Of a stretch of DNA of 64,000 bases, positions 10,494 through 20,649 are shown one piece after another. Source of the DNA: an uncultured Candidatus Saccharibacteria bacterium (GTDB taxonomy: Bacteria > Patescibacteriota > Minisyncoccia > Phycocordibacterales > DAORIS01); contig CAZXUH010000001.1 in assembly GCA_964644035.1 (NCBI GenBank), positions 67,712-131,711 of the forward strand, written 5' to 3'. The notes under the pieces are model-generated. The model did not search any database and was not told the DNA's origin. It saw nothing but the letters and a program-made list of their open reading frames with translations. A program made the translations under genes and the position numbers. Numbering within the stretch: position 1 is the first letter of the stretch; each line of letters begins with the position of its first letter.

Positions 10494-11069
10494 CTAAAAG
10501 CCAAGGGTATGGGTCATGGCATGTTCATTGACCTCAAGCCATTTCGAAGTGTCGAGTTGAATTTTATTTTTCTTACCATCTTCTTTGAATAGTAGCTCAT
10601 TATTCTTAAGTGCATATTCAAAAAGCTCTTTGGTAATTTTCACATCCATTTGACAGTATTTTTTGATCTTATCGATTTCACCTGTTTTCCACCACTCCAC
10701 TGCCTGCAAGCCATGACCACTTTTCTTTTTGCCAAGTGTCGCTTCGGCCACTTGATCCATCCTGACGCGACGTCCTATTGAGTCTCGGATTTCTTTCAGA
10801 AGATCCAAGCTTTTGATTTTGGTAAGATCGCCAGCATAGTATTTGTTGAGAATAGGAATATCAAAATGATCAGAGTTGTATCCGACAAGCATTTCTGTCT
10901 TTTCTAAAATAGGCCAGAGATTGGGCAATTCTTCTACAAGAAATGAATGGTATTTATCAGTCGATGAATCGTATATACAGACCACAGAGATATCGAGCAA
11001 GACCGGATCAGCTCGGCCGACATCCTGAAAAATATTCCTTGTTTCAATATCAAAAGCAACGTACTTCAT
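10494..11069 (-). CDS. DEDDy-type 3'-5' exonuclease (RNase H-like fold)
   Basis: Exo I VAFDIET, Exo II YNSDHFDIPIL and Exo III YCQMD motifs. The likely start is the internal MKYVAFDIET, which sits 1 nt past the hisS stop. Confidence 0.6.
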   Translation of the reverse strand: MKYVAFDIETRNIFQDVGRADPVLLDISVVCIYDSSTDKYHSFLVEELPNLWPILEKTEMLVGYNSDHFDIPILNKYYAGDLTKIKSLDLLKEIRDSIGRRVRMDQVAEATLGKKKSGHGLQAVEWWKTGEIDKIKKYCQMDVKITKELFEYALKNNELLFKEDGKKNKIQLDTSKWLEVNEHAMTHTLGF

Positions 11070-11070
11070 A

Positions 11071-12393
11071 TTAACGTTGTTCGATAATGTGTTTGATAAG
11101 TTCCTCTTCGGATACTTCACTCGTTTTCTCCGAATGCATATCTTTGAGTTTGTATTGTTTTGATGCGATTTCTGATTCGCCGACGACGATGCTAAACGGT
11201 ATGCTATCTTTCGAAGCTTTTTTTATCTGATCGCCGACTTTTTTATCGGTAATGTCGACGGCGACATTGAGTCCTTTTGATCGCAGGCTTGCAGCAAGAA
11301 TATCGATTTCTTTTTGAGTAGCGCCATCGGCTCGAGCAATATAGAGATCGGCTGTGGGTTTGTATTTAGGCAAAAGATCGCGTGTAGCGAGAAAATCTTG
11401 AAGTGTGACATCGCCCATACCAAATCCGACTGCGGGCACACGCTCACTGCCGAAGATCGATAGGAGATCGTCATAGCGTCCACCGCCAAAGAGCGAGCGG
11501 GAATTGGCGGTATTGGTATCAAAGATTTCGAAAATAACACCGGTATAGTAGTCGAAGCCTCGGGTCAGGGTAGGATCAAAAAATACATTGTCGATACCAA
11601 TAACCTTGAGCTCCTCAATCATTTTTTCAAGTTCATCGACTCCAAAAGCAATCGATCGGAAACGATCATTGATAATAGCCTTAAATTCTTTGATATTTCT
11701 TTTACCAAAAAGTTCTATGAATCCTTCGGTGTTTTCACCAAGAATTTTTTCTGCCTCGGTATTGAAGACTTCAAATGCGATTTTATTCTTTCGATCGAGC
11801 AATTTTGTCAGCGTATATCGATCTTCATCACCAAGATTGAAGACTTCAGCGAAGACGTAGTCGAGCATTTTTCTATTTGAAACACGGATCTCATAGTCGG
11901 TGTCTTTGGCACCAAATGCTTTCATGATTTCAGCCGCGACAGCAATAATTTCCTTGTCTGCTTCTAAGTGTGTGATACCAAAAATGTCTACATTGAGTTG
12001 AAAGTGTTCTCGCAGTCTGCCTTTTTGCGGTTTTTCATATCTAAAAAGATTTGGAATCGAATACCAGCGAAGAGGAAAAGGTAATTCGCGCTTTTTAGCC
12101 GCGACCATGCGGGCAACAGTTGGAGTCATTTCTGGACGGAGCGTCACGTCGCGATCGCCACGATCCTTGAAGGTATATGTCTGATCATTGACGATTTCAT
12201 CGCCCGATTTTGCCTTGTAGAGCTCGCTTGGTTCAAGAATTGATGCTCCATATTCGACATATCCGAATCGTTCCACTGACCGACGCATAGTATCGAACAT
12301 ATATTTCTGGATAAACATCTCTTCGGGGTAAAAATCTCTGACACCCTTGTAACTTTCTGTAGAAATTTCTGTATTATTGGAAGATTCATTCAT
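11071..12393 (-). CDS. hisS: histidyl-tRNA synthetase
   Basis: RDFYPEEM, motif 2 YRYEKPQKGRLREHFQ, motif 3 GGGRYDDL, and a C-terminal anticodon-binding domain. Confidence 0.92.
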   Translation of the reverse strand: MNESSNNTEISTESYKGVRDFYPEEMFIQKYMFDTMRRSVERFGYVEYGASILEPSELYKAKSGDEIVNDQTYTFKDRGDRDVTLRPEMTPTVARMVAAKKRELPFPLRWYSIPNLFRYEKPQKGRLREHFQLNVDIFGITHLEADKEIIAVAAEIMKAFGAKDTDYEIRVSNRKMLDYVFAEVFNLGDEDRYTLTKLLDRKNKIAFEVFNTEAEKILGENTEGFIELFGKRNIKEFKAIINDRFRSIAFGVDELEKMIEELKVIGIDNVFFDPTLTRGFDYYTGVIFEIFDTNTANSRSLFGGGRYDDLLSIFGSERVPAVGFGMGDVTLQDFLATRDLLPKYKPTADLYIARADGATQKEIDILAASLRSKGLNVAVDITDKKVGDQIKKASKDSIPFSIVVGESEIASKQYKLKDMHSEKTSEVSEEELIKHIIEQR

Positions 12394-12414
12394 GTGTTAG
12401 ATTGTAGCCAAAAT

Positions 12415-13179
12415 ATGGCATTATCACAAATAGATAAGGAAATAGGCAAGGTTGGATACCTTATATTGGACAAAAAAGCCGGAGAAACACCCCTGGAAGC
12501 CCTAAATCGCCTCCGTATAGAGCGTCCGGAGCTCAAGCGCTCCAAGCTCTCATATGCAGGTCGTTTGGACCCGCTGGCCACTGGAGAGCTCTTGGTGCTT
12601 GTAGACGATGCCTGCAAGCATAAGACTGAATATATGAGGTTTGATAAGACGTATAAGATCGACGTGTTGTTTGGCATGTCGACCGATACAGGGGACGTCT
12701 TGGGCAAGATCAAGCAAGTCTTTTGCCCGGTCAATATTGATAAAAAGCAGTTTGAACAGGTAGTGACTGAAACCTCAAAGAAATTTATCGGTGAGCATCA
12801 GCAGACATTTCCAGCCTATTCTTCAAGAAATATTAAAAAGGTTCTCAACGAAGAGATTCCAGATCCAAGTGAAAAGAGAATACATATCTATTCAATAGAA
12901 AATGAAGGAGTGTCTGCGATAGATGCCAAAAAATTGCAAAAAATAATTAAAGAAAAGATAGATTCTGTTTCAGGCAATTTCAGACAAAAAGATATTTTAG
13001 AAAAATGGTCTGAATTTTTTGAAAAAAATACTCAAAAAGAATTTGTGACAGCAACACTTGTAATACATTGTTCATCGGGTACCTATATGCGTGTCCTGGC
13101 TGAAGATATTGGTAGGGAAATAGGTTTACCTGCACTTGCGCTCAATATTCGACGAGAGAAAATACATATTGCTGTATAA
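12415..13179 (+). CDS. truB: TruB-family tRNA pseudouridine synthase
   Basis: YAGRLDPLATGELLVL matches the TruB catalytic-Asp motif HxGTLDPLATG. The ORF track opens at a GTG at 12394; ATG 12415 is the more plausible start. Confidence 0.7.
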   Translation: MALSQIDKEIGKVGYLILDKKAGETPLEALNRLRIERPELKRSKLSYAGRLDPLATGELLVLVDDACKHKTEYMRFDKTYKIDVLFGMSTDTGDVLGKIKQVFCPVNIDKKQFEQVVTETSKKFIGEHQQTFPAYSSRNIKKVLNEEIPDPSEKRIHIYSIENEGVSAIDAKKLQKIIKEKIDSVSGNFRQKDILEKWSEFFEKNTQKEFVTATLVIHCSSGTYMRVLAEDIGREIGLPALALNIRREKIHIAV

Positions 13180-13196
13180 ATTTCTATATAAAAAAT

Positions 13197-13217
13197 CCCC
13201 CAGACAGATGTCTGGGG
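13197..13217 (-). terminator. terminator hairpin, mainly serving the minus-strand gene
   Basis: ccccagaca-gatg-tctgggg with an A-run on the + side, which reads as a U-run on the minus strand. Confidence 0.6.
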
Positions 13218-13230
13218 AATCGGAAGGGAG

Positions 13231-13581
13231 TCACTTTGGTATCGGAGCCGTCGCTTTCTTCAAGAAAGCGAAGAATTCGCTGCACTTGCTAGTATTAGGA
13301 AGGTATGCAATATCCTTCGCTAATTTGTTGATATCTCCCGACGAAAGTATGTCGCGCAGAGAAATATCCACGATTCCATCTGCGAGCATGTCGGCATCGG
13401 TCTGGTTCAGTCGTCCTTCAGAAAAAAGTTTGTTGATTCTTTGATGGACGTGCTGCTTAGAACACGCCTCTACGTCATGTGTACCATCTGCCAAGATGAT
13501 GTGGCCGTGACATCGACACGTCGAGCAAAGTTCGAATCTCACTTTTGAACGTGCCGGTGTCCGAGTCTTCGTAGTGACCAT
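13231..13581 (-). CDS. hypothetical Cys/His-rich small protein (putative zinc-binding)
   Basis: CSTCRCHGH...H..EAC cluster. No family was recognised. Confidence 0.4.
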   Translation of the reverse strand: MVTTKTRTPARSKVRFELCSTCRCHGHIILADGTHDVEACSKQHVHQRINKLFSEGRLNQTDADMLADGIVDISLRDILSSGDINKLAKDIAYLPNTSKCSEFFAFLKKATAPIPK

Positions 13582-13684
13582 GACTACTCCTTTGTAAAAA
13601 AACGGTGCGTATAAGACCCACCATTAAGCTACATATTTAAAATACAATTGTCAATCAAAGGATATTTGGTGCATAATAAAGCAA

Positions 13685-14794
13685 ATGCCTTCCCGATTTC
13701 AGATAGTTCGAGCATGGTATGAAAAATACGAACGACGAATATCGTCGGCCTCACTCTTTGGTGGTTTCATCTTCGACACACTGACTCTGCGTCGTGTCGA
13801 CTATATATTGGAAAATCTCTGGATATGCTGTCTATTGTTCGTAGGTGGTCTGTGTATTATTTATCTCAATTATAAAGAGAAGGAATCACCAGTTGATACT
13901 GAGACGGAAGTCAGGATGCGTTTCTGGACTATTATGGTTATGCAGTTTTGTTTCGGAGGATTGTTCAGCTCATTCCTCATCTTTTATTTCCGAAGCGCGA
14001 CATTGGCACTGAGTTGGCCGTTTCTCTTACTGCTTGTCATTATTTTTGTCTCCAATGAACTCTATAAGAAGCATTATGTGCGCTTGAGCTTTCAGATCAG
14101 CATCTTTTTCTTTGCTGTCTATTCATTTTCTATATTTCTAGTGCCACTCTTTGTGCGAAGGATTGGAACACCGATATTTCTACTCAGCGGACTGATCAGT
14201 CTTATTATCTTGTCTATATTCCTCTACGCCCTCAAAAAGGCCAGTCACGAAAGATTTAAAAACAATAGAAAGATTTTGGCAGCAAGTATTGGTTCTATTT
14301 TTATAATTATCAATCTTTTATATTTTACCAATCTTATTCCACCAATTCCTCTTACACTACAAGATGTCGGCATGTATCATTTGGTAGAAAGAAATATCGA
14401 CGGTGACTATGTAGTGAGCTATGAAAAGCGAAGTACTTTGAAAAAGGTAACTGACTTTTTGAGACTTAGTGAAACATATCATCATGTACCAGGAGATAGA
14501 ATCTTTGCATACTCAGCAGTCTTTTCTCCGGCCAAGTTTGGTTTGCGTATTGTGCATCAATGGGATTATTTTGATGTTGGACAGAGGCGTTGGGTTTCGA
14601 GAGATGAAGTATCCCTGCCGATTGTCGGTGGACGCGATGGTGGCTTCAGAGCCTATTCGCTTAAAACAACGATTGAACCAGGACTCTGGAGAGTCAGGAT
14701 TCTCACTGAAAATGGACAAGAAATCGGCCGAGTGAAATTTAGACTCATACAAACAGATACTGCTCCAGCAATCGAGAAGGAAGTAAAGAAATAA
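13685..14794 (+). CDS. hypothetical polytopic membrane protein with a C-terminal soluble domain
   Basis: About 7 predicted TM helices followed by a roughly 130-aa soluble domain. Confidence 0.5.
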   Translation: MPSRFQIVRAWYEKYERRISSASLFGGFIFDTLTLRRVDYILENLWICCLLFVGGLCIIYLNYKEKESPVDTETEVRMRFWTIMVMQFCFGGLFSSFLIFYFRSATLALSWPFLLLLVIIFVSNELYKKHYVRLSFQISIFFFAVYSFSIFLVPLFVRRIGTPIFLLSGLISLIILSIFLYALKKASHERFKNNRKILAASIGSIFIIINLLYFTNLIPPIPLTLQDVGMYHLVERNIDGDYVVSYEKRSTLKKVTDFLRLSETYHHVPGDRIFAYSAVFSPAKFGLRIVHQWDYFDVGQRRWVSRDEVSLPIVGGRDGGFRAYSLKTTIEPGLWRVRILTENGQEIGRVKFRLIQTDTAPAIEKEVKK

Positions 14795-14900
14795 AATAGA
14801 TAAAAAGAGTTGTACACAGTCTGATCGAAGAAACATTTTAGAGTTTTTATTTGCGCTATAATGTAACCATTAGGTCGTATTAATCAACGGCTTCATATAT

Positions 14901-15137
14901 ATGAAAAAATTACACACGCTTACATTCATCCTCCTCGCAATTGGAGGCGTGAATTGGCTTTTGGTTGGTTTGTTTGGTTGGGATGTCGGTGCTTTGTTTG
15001 GTGGAATGTCAGCTCCACTTTCTCGCATCATTTACGTTCTTGTCGGTGTTTCAGCTATCTACGAAATCGCAACTCACAAAAAGAATTGTGGCGAATGCGG
15101 AAAGGGCGGATCAATGTCGTCATCAATGCCAATGTAG
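14901..15137 (+). CDS. DUF378 (YuzA-like) small membrane protein
   Basis: GVNWLLVGLFGWDVGALFG...IYVLVGVSAIYEI matches the DUF378 signature. A TATAAT box lies upstream near 14858. Confidence 0.7.
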   Translation: MKKLHTLTFILLAIGGVNWLLVGLFGWDVGALFGGMSAPLSRIIYVLVGVSAIYEIATHKKNCGECGKGGSMSSSMPM

Positions 15138-15160
15138 GCACACGTCTCGTTGGTATATGC

Positions 15161-15191
15161 AAAAACTCTCCGATTGGAGAGTTTTTGTTTT
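15161..15191. terminator. bidirectional terminator (DUF378 gene / typA)
   Basis: aactctcc-gatt-ggagagtt hairpin flanked by an A-run and a T-run. Confidence 0.7.
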
Positions 15192-16974
15192 ATGCCTTTC
15201 GTCCAGCTTTGTCTCGAGCTGATTTTGTAAGATGTTGTTTGCGTAGTCGCACTGAGATAGGAGTGATTTCAATATATTCGTCGTCTTGCATGATTTCCAT
15301 GGCGCGTTCGATAGAAAGTTTCCAAGCAGGTGTAAGATAAATACCTTCGTCCGATCCAGAAGCACGCATGTTGGTAAGCTGCTTACCCTTGGTTGGGTTT
15401 ACATACAAATCATCGCCTTTGGTAACGTTACCGACAATCATGCCTTCATACACTTCATCTCCAGGTGAGACATAGAGCATGCCGCGCTGTTGGAGATTGT
15501 CGAGAGAGAAAGCGAGCACCTTGCCAGCTTCCATAGATATCATGGCGCCAAGCGATGTGTGAGCGATTTCACCAGCATATGGTCGGAATTCCATAAACCG
15601 ACTTGAGAAAATACCTTCACCTTTAGTATCGACGACAAATTGTCCACGATACCCAAGAAGTCCGCGAGTTGGTGCTTCGAAAATAAGTCGGACAGTGTTT
15701 CCGTGATCCTGCTTCATATTGGTCATGATTGCTTTTCTCGATGAAAGCTTTTGAATGACAGAACTTTCGAGTCCAGCTGGGACGTCGATAATGACTTCTT
15801 CATATGGTTCCATTTTCTGACCATTTTCTTCCTTGATGATGACGTGTGGTTGAGAGACCTGCATTTCAAATCCTTCTCGGCGCATATTTTCGAGCAAAAT
15901 AGCAATGTGCAATTCTCCACGACCAAAGACTTTGTACGATTCGCCAGTAAAATCTACTTTGAGACCAACGTTGATTTCCATTTCCTTTTCAAGGCGTTCT
16001 CTGATCTGTCGTCCAGTGACAAATTTTCCTTCTTTGCCAGCAAAAGGCGAGTCGTTGACAAGAAAGTTGAGCGAGATAGTAGGTTCGTCGATTTTGATAG
16101 CAGGGAGTGGTGTAGCATCGGCAGTCGCAGATACTGTTTCACCGATATAAATTTCTGGAAGACCAGCAAGCATGACGATATCACCAGCAGAAACTTCAGG
16201 CACTTCTTTTTTCGTCACACCCTCAAAGGTGTAGAGCTTTGTAAGACGACCAGAAATCATTTTGCCATCTGGATGTTTGGCATAGACCATTGAACCGTCT
16301 TTGATCGTACCGCTATACACTCGGCAGACAGCCAAGCGACCGAGGAAGTTGTCATATCCAAGATTGAATACTTGCATAGCAAGAGGTTTGTCGAGATCTT
16401 TTGATGCTACGGGTACTTGTTCGAGAATAATATCAAGGAGGGGATTGAGATTGTCTGATGTATCTTCAAGATTTTTCTTAGCAATACCCTGACGACCGAT
16501 TGCATAGACGACCGTAAAGTCGAGTTGATCGTTGGTTGCACCAAGGTCGATGAAAAGTTCAAGGACCTGATCGTGCACGAGGGCAGGATTGGCAGCTGGC
16601 TTGTCGATTTTATTGATAACAACAATAGGCTTAAGTCCGAGTTCGAGAGATTTCTTCAATACGAAACGTGTCTGAGGCATAGGACCTTCCTGAGCGTCAA
16701 CGATAAGAAGCACGGAGTCGATCGATCGAAGTACACGTTCTACTTCAGAACCGAAGTCAGCGTGACCGGGTGTGTCAACGATATTGATCTTGGTATCTTT
16801 GTAAAAAACAGACGTATTTTTGGCATAAATCGTAATACCACGCTCTTGTTCGAGCTTGTTGGAGTCCATGGTTACACCTTCCTCAACCATGCCGGTCTGG
16901 CGCATGATAGCGTCGGTAAGAGTCGTCTTTCCGTGGTCGACGTGAGCGATAATAGCGATATTGCGAATTTCCAT
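15190..16974 (-). CDS. typA: translational GTPase TypA/BipA
   Basis: NIAIIAHVDHGKTTL G1 motif, DTPGHADF, NKID, and a 594-aa BipA-type domain layout. Confidence 0.88.
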   Translation of the reverse strand: MEIRNIAIIAHVDHGKTTLTDAIMRQTGMVEEGVTMDSNKLEQERGITIYAKNTSVFYKDTKINIVDTPGHADFGSEVERVLRSIDSVLLIVDAQEGPMPQTRFVLKKSLELGLKPIVVINKIDKPAANPALVHDQVLELFIDLGATNDQLDFTVVYAIGRQGIAKKNLEDTSDNLNPLLDIILEQVPVASKDLDKPLAMQVFNLGYDNFLGRLAVCRVYSGTIKDGSMVYAKHPDGKMISGRLTKLYTFEGVTKKEVPEVSAGDIVMLAGLPEIYIGETVSATADATPLPAIKIDEPTISLNFLVNDSPFAGKEGKFVTGRQIRERLEKEMEINVGLKVDFTGESYKVFGRGELHIAILLENMRREGFEMQVSQPHVIIKEENGQKMEPYEEVIIDVPAGLESSVIQKLSSRKAIMTNMKQDHGNTVRLIFEAPTRGLLGYRGQFVVDTKGEGIFSSRFMEFRPYAGEIAHTSLGAMISMEAGKVLAFSLDNLQQRGMLYVSPGDEVYEGMIVGNVTKGDDLYVNPTKGKQLTNMRASGSDEGIYLTPAWKLSIERAMEIMQDDEYIEITPISVRLRKQHLTKSARDKAGRKA

Positions 16975-17114
16975 TTTTAGTAATATTTAAACCCGCCGTG
17001 GGCGGGCCAGGAAGGTCATTAAAGCAAGAAAAAGCATATTTGTCAAAGTGTATAGGGGAGAAGCCTGTGGTAAGCTGCCCGAAGATCCGAAATTTAACAA
17101 AGAAAGGAGGTCAT

Positions 17115-17822
17115 ATGACTCTCTTTAGGAAGTGGTTTGGCAAGATCAATCAGTCTCCGATACCTCTGTCAGTCGCTATCGATATTCTTGGAAAAAAGAA
17201 CGTCATTAGTGCCAATGAGGTTTCTCAAGCATGGCGCACTACGGTTAGTGACGGCATGGTGCCGTACTCAGTTGCTATGCTTGAGCACGCTGCTGAAAAA
17301 AACAGGAGTTTGAAGTATAAATTCCATCTTTTTCGCAGCGTTGGTTTTGATCTCAAGAATCTGCTTGATCAGAAATCGGACAAAAAGGATTCCGACTTTG
17401 TCCGATGTTTCTCATCGATGGAGGAACAAATTCTTGGAATGAATAGAGAAGATCTTGTGCATGTAGATTCACAATACATGCTCATGGACTTCACTCTTCA
17501 TGGTGTTGGTAAATCTTGGGACAAGCAACAAAAAATGCTTGCCACCAAGGCGCTTAGTGGTTTTGATCGAGCACCAGCATCATTGGTTGCAGAAGCAGTA
17601 CGTACGGCTTTTATAACCAGGGGAATCTGTCTTCTTCCAGGAGGTACTCATTTTGGAGAGTTGGTTGCTAGTCCGACATCTCTTGATGGGGAAAAATTTC
17701 CCCTCAGGATCTGTCACTCCAAGGAAGGTGTCTCCACTCTGATGTGTCTTTCGATTTCTCCTGAAACAAATTTTCCAAACAGTGGAATGTTTGTCATTCG
17801 AACTCCGAAAATCAGGAAGTAG
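17115..17822 (+). CDS. hypothetical protein
   Basis: Strong SD (aaaggaggtcatATG) at the internal Met; the upstream extension of the ORF is probably untranslated. No recognisable domain. Confidence 0.45.
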   Translation: MTLFRKWFGKINQSPIPLSVAIDILGKKNVISANEVSQAWRTTVSDGMVPYSVAMLEHAAEKNRSLKYKFHLFRSVGFDLKNLLDQKSDKKDSDFVRCFSSMEEQILGMNREDLVHVDSQYMLMDFTLHGVGKSWDKQQKMLATKALSGFDRAPASLVAEAVRTAFITRGICLLPGGTHFGELVASPTSLDGEKFPLRICHSKEGVSTLMCLSISPETNFPNSGMFVIRTPKIRK

Positions 17823-17853
17823 ACTCCAGTATGTATTGCTGGAGTCTTTTTTT
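17822..17853 (+). terminator. rho-independent terminator
   Basis: gactccag...ctggagtc hairpin followed by TTTTTTT. Confidence 0.75.
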
Positions 17854-17865
17854 ATGTACCACTAT

Positions 17866-19788
17866 TTACACTAAAGCGTAATCGAGTGTTCGAGTTTCGA
17901 GATTGGCGGCAATGACTTTGAATTTCACTTCATCACCAAGAGATATTTTTTTCTTTGTGCGAGTACCAACAACTCGAAATAGTTTTTCTTCAAACATATA
18001 TTTGTCGTCGCGCATTTCTTTGAGTCTGACAAGTCCTTCGCACTTTGTTTCTTTTTCTTCAATAAAAATGCCCCATTCGGTTACGCCGGTAACAATACCC
18101 TCAAATTCCTGACCGATAAATTTGCTCATATACTCTACCTGCTTGTACTTAATAGACGTGCGTTCTGCATCTGCTGCAGCAATTTCTTTTTCTGTAGAAT
18201 GCGTAGCAATATTTTCAAGTCGTGCAATTTCATGCTTCGCTTCTTTCTTATTGTCGGTAAGCACTGCGTCCATTAGGCGATGTACTTCGAGATCGGGATA
18301 GCGACGAATAGGGGAAGTAAAATGTGTGTAATATTCAAATGCCAAACCAAAATGACCGGTATTGCTCGTCGCATAGATGGCTTTGGCCATTGAGCGAATG
18401 GTCGCAGTCTTGAGTAGTGATTCTTCTGGAGTGCCAGCAATTTTTTCTAGTAGGCGGGTAATATCTTTTGCGGTTTGAATCTTTTTAATATCGTAGCCAA
18501 GTGCTTTGTAGAGCATGGCAAGATCAGCGAGACGATCTTCGGCAGGGCTCGCATGGACGCGATAGATTCCTTTCATATTCTGCTTCTCATGAGCCTTTGA
18601 AAGGAATGCTGCTACTTCTCTATTGGCCAGCAACATAAAATCTTCGACAAGTTTGTGTGTGTCTCCACGAATTTTCTTTACTACCTTGATCGGTACGCCT
18701 TGTGCATCGAGGACAAATTTGACTTCTTCGGTATCAAAATCGATTGCTCCGCCTTCGAACTTCTTTTCTCGCAGTTTGTACGCAAGTTTATTGAGCGTGA
18801 ACATTTCTTCTTTAAAAATATCCGATTTGCCATCGAGAACATCCTGCGCACCTTCATAGCTGAAGCGATGGTGGGAATTGATAATCGATTTTCCAAACCA
18901 GCGTGAAGAAATATCACCATTGCTATTCATTTCAAACACAGCAGAGAAGGTGCGGCGCTCTTCTTTTGGATTGAGACTGCACAAATCATTGGAAAGAATT
19001 TCCGGAAGCATGGGAACAACTCTATCCACCATATATATCGATGTGGCACGACTAAGCGCTTCGTCATCGAGTGCGGTACCTGGTCGTACATAGTGAGAAA
19101 CGTCGGCAATATGTACTCCGACTTCGTACAGATCATCGCCAATCTTTTTGAGAGAAATAGCATCGTCAAAATCTTTGGCATCGATCGGGTCGATAGTAAA
19201 AGTAGGGATTGCGCTAAAGTCTCGGCGAGACTTTTTTTCTTCAGTCGAAATAATACGCTGCTCTTTGTCGATCTTTTTTGCTTCGGCAAGCACAGCATCG
19301 GGGAAATCTTCTGGTACGCCCTTGTCGAGCATGATCGATTGCATTTCTACTTCATGCTCACCACGATTGCCGATGATTTTAAGTGTATGAATGTAGGGAA
19401 GTGGCATGCCTTTTTCCCACTTTTCAAACTCCACAAGAGCTTTTTTATTGATCATGGCCACATCTTGCTCTTCTTTGGGCAAGGCCATGGGTACGTAGAT
19501 ACGATGGTCGTCGGCTTTGAAAATAACATTACCTTCTTCTTGAAGAATCGTACCGACAAACTGTGTTCGAGCGCGTTCGACTATTTTGACGACCTGACCT
19601 TCTTTTTCACCATATTTATTTTTCTCTGAAGTAACGATGTATTCGACTTTGTCTCCAGGGAGAGCGGTGTTGACGTATTCAGGCAAAATAACCGTCCGGC
19701 TGGCATTTCTAATGCCTATATCCTTTTCATCTGTGACGTATCCATAGCCCTTGCCATTGGTACTTATTGTGCCGATTTTGTTTTTCAT
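17866..19788 (-). CDS. rnr: ribonuclease R (RNB-family 3'-5' exoribonuclease)
   Basis: N-terminal cold-shock/OB region, an RNB catalytic region (DDAISL, HIADVSHYV), and a C-terminal S1 domain. Confidence 0.85.
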   Translation of the reverse strand: MKNKIGTISTNGKGYGYVTDEKDIGIRNASRTVILPEYVNTALPGDKVEYIVTSEKNKYGEKEGQVVKIVERARTQFVGTILQEEGNVIFKADDHRIYVPMALPKEEQDVAMINKKALVEFEKWEKGMPLPYIHTLKIIGNRGEHEVEMQSIMLDKGVPEDFPDAVLAEAKKIDKEQRIISTEEKKSRRDFSAIPTFTIDPIDAKDFDDAISLKKIGDDLYEVGVHIADVSHYVRPGTALDDEALSRATSIYMVDRVVPMLPEILSNDLCSLNPKEERRTFSAVFEMNSNGDISSRWFGKSIINSHHRFSYEGAQDVLDGKSDIFKEEMFTLNKLAYKLREKKFEGGAIDFDTEEVKFVLDAQGVPIKVVKKIRGDTHKLVEDFMLLANREVAAFLSKAHEKQNMKGIYRVHASPAEDRLADLAMLYKALGYDIKKIQTAKDITRLLEKIAGTPEESLLKTATIRSMAKAIYATSNTGHFGLAFEYYTHFTSPIRRYPDLEVHRLMDAVLTDNKKEAKHEIARLENIATHSTEKEIAAADAERTSIKYKQVEYMSKFIGQEFEGIVTGVTEWGIFIEEKETKCEGLVRLKEMRDDKYMFEEKLFRVVGTRTKKKISLGDEVKFKVIAANLETRTLDYALV

Positions 19789-19854
19789 TGCTTGGACTAT
19801 AACAAAATACCTGGATATTGACCATCTATCGTTTTTCTGCTACCATAGCTACCT

Positions 19855-20217
19855 ATGTTAATGATTCGATTACAAAGAACCGGACGCAAGCACGAGCCTA
19901 CTTTTAGGCTTGTAGTCACAGATTCCAAGAACAGCACGAAAAGCGGCAAATACCTAAAAGTACTTGGTTCTTACGATTCTCGTCGCAAAGACCAGGCAGT
20001 TATCCGAACTGATGAAGTAAAGGAATGGATTTCAAAGGGTGCTCAGCTTTCTGATACTGTTCACAACCTCCTTATCACTCGCAAAGTCATCACAGGTAAG
20101 AAAATCAACGTTCTTCCTAAGAAAACTCCAATAAAGAAAGAGACAACAGAAGCTCCAGCAGCACCCGCAGCCCCCGAAGCTGAAGCACCTGCACCCGCAG
20201 CAGAAACAGTCGCGTAA
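19855..20217 (+). CDS. rpsP: 30S ribosomal protein S16 with Ala/Pro-rich C-terminal tail
   Basis: MLMIRLQRTGRKHEPTFRLVVTD is a canonical bS16 N-terminus. Confidence 0.9.
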   Translation: MLMIRLQRTGRKHEPTFRLVVTDSKNSTKSGKYLKVLGSYDSRRKDQAVIRTDEVKEWISKGAQLSDTVHNLLITRKVITGKKINVLPKKTPIKKETTEAPAAPAAPEAEAPAPAAETVA

Positions 20218-20304
20218 TATTCTCCACAGTTACGCTTTGACCGTGTTAACAAAGAAACATGGCGTGTTACAATTAATACTTAGTTACTAAAGTAATTTAC
20301 AATC

Positions 20305-20610
20305 ATGGATACCGATCAGAAGTTTCTTGAAAGCGTGATCACTTCGCTTGTAGACAATCCAACTGACGTCAAAATAGTCCGAACCGTCGACGAAATGGGA
20401 GTACTCCTCACGCTTACCGTCAATCCAGCAGATATGGGCAAAATCATCGGCCGAGCAGGCAATACCGCCAAGGCTATCCGTACGCTTTTGCGCGTTGTCG
20501 GTATGAAAAACAATGCCCGCGTCAATCTCAAGATCAATGAACCAGAAGGTTCAGAGAAAGGTTCGTCAATCAAGACGGTAGACGAAGCAATGGCTGATCT
20601 GTCACTTTAG
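20305..20610 (+). CDS. KH-domain RNA-binding protein (YlqC-like)
   Basis: IGRAGNTAKAIRTLL is the KH GxxG loop, and the gene sits in the conserved rpsP-KH-(rimM)-trmD position. Confidence 0.75.
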   Translation: MDTDQKFLESVITSLVDNPTDVKIVRTVDEMGVLLTLTVNPADMGKIIGRAGNTAKAIRTLLRVVGMKNNARVNLKINEPEGSEKGSSIKTVDEAMADLSL

Positions 20611-20649
20611 TCTTCCTCCCCAGTCCCTTTCTAAAGAAGAGGGAAGCTC

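Noticed and set aside
12390-12734. 114-aa minus-strand ORF directly upstream of hisS
   Set aside because: It overlaps the TruB-family gene, which has the conserved catalytic motif, and has no supporting features.
20237-20273. sigma-70-like promoter (TTGACC / TACAAT) between rpsP and the KH gene
   Set aside because: The spacing is 25 nt for TTGACC, and only the weaker TTAACA-N16-TACAAT fits. The genes are probably co-transcribed, and the call is too weak to list.
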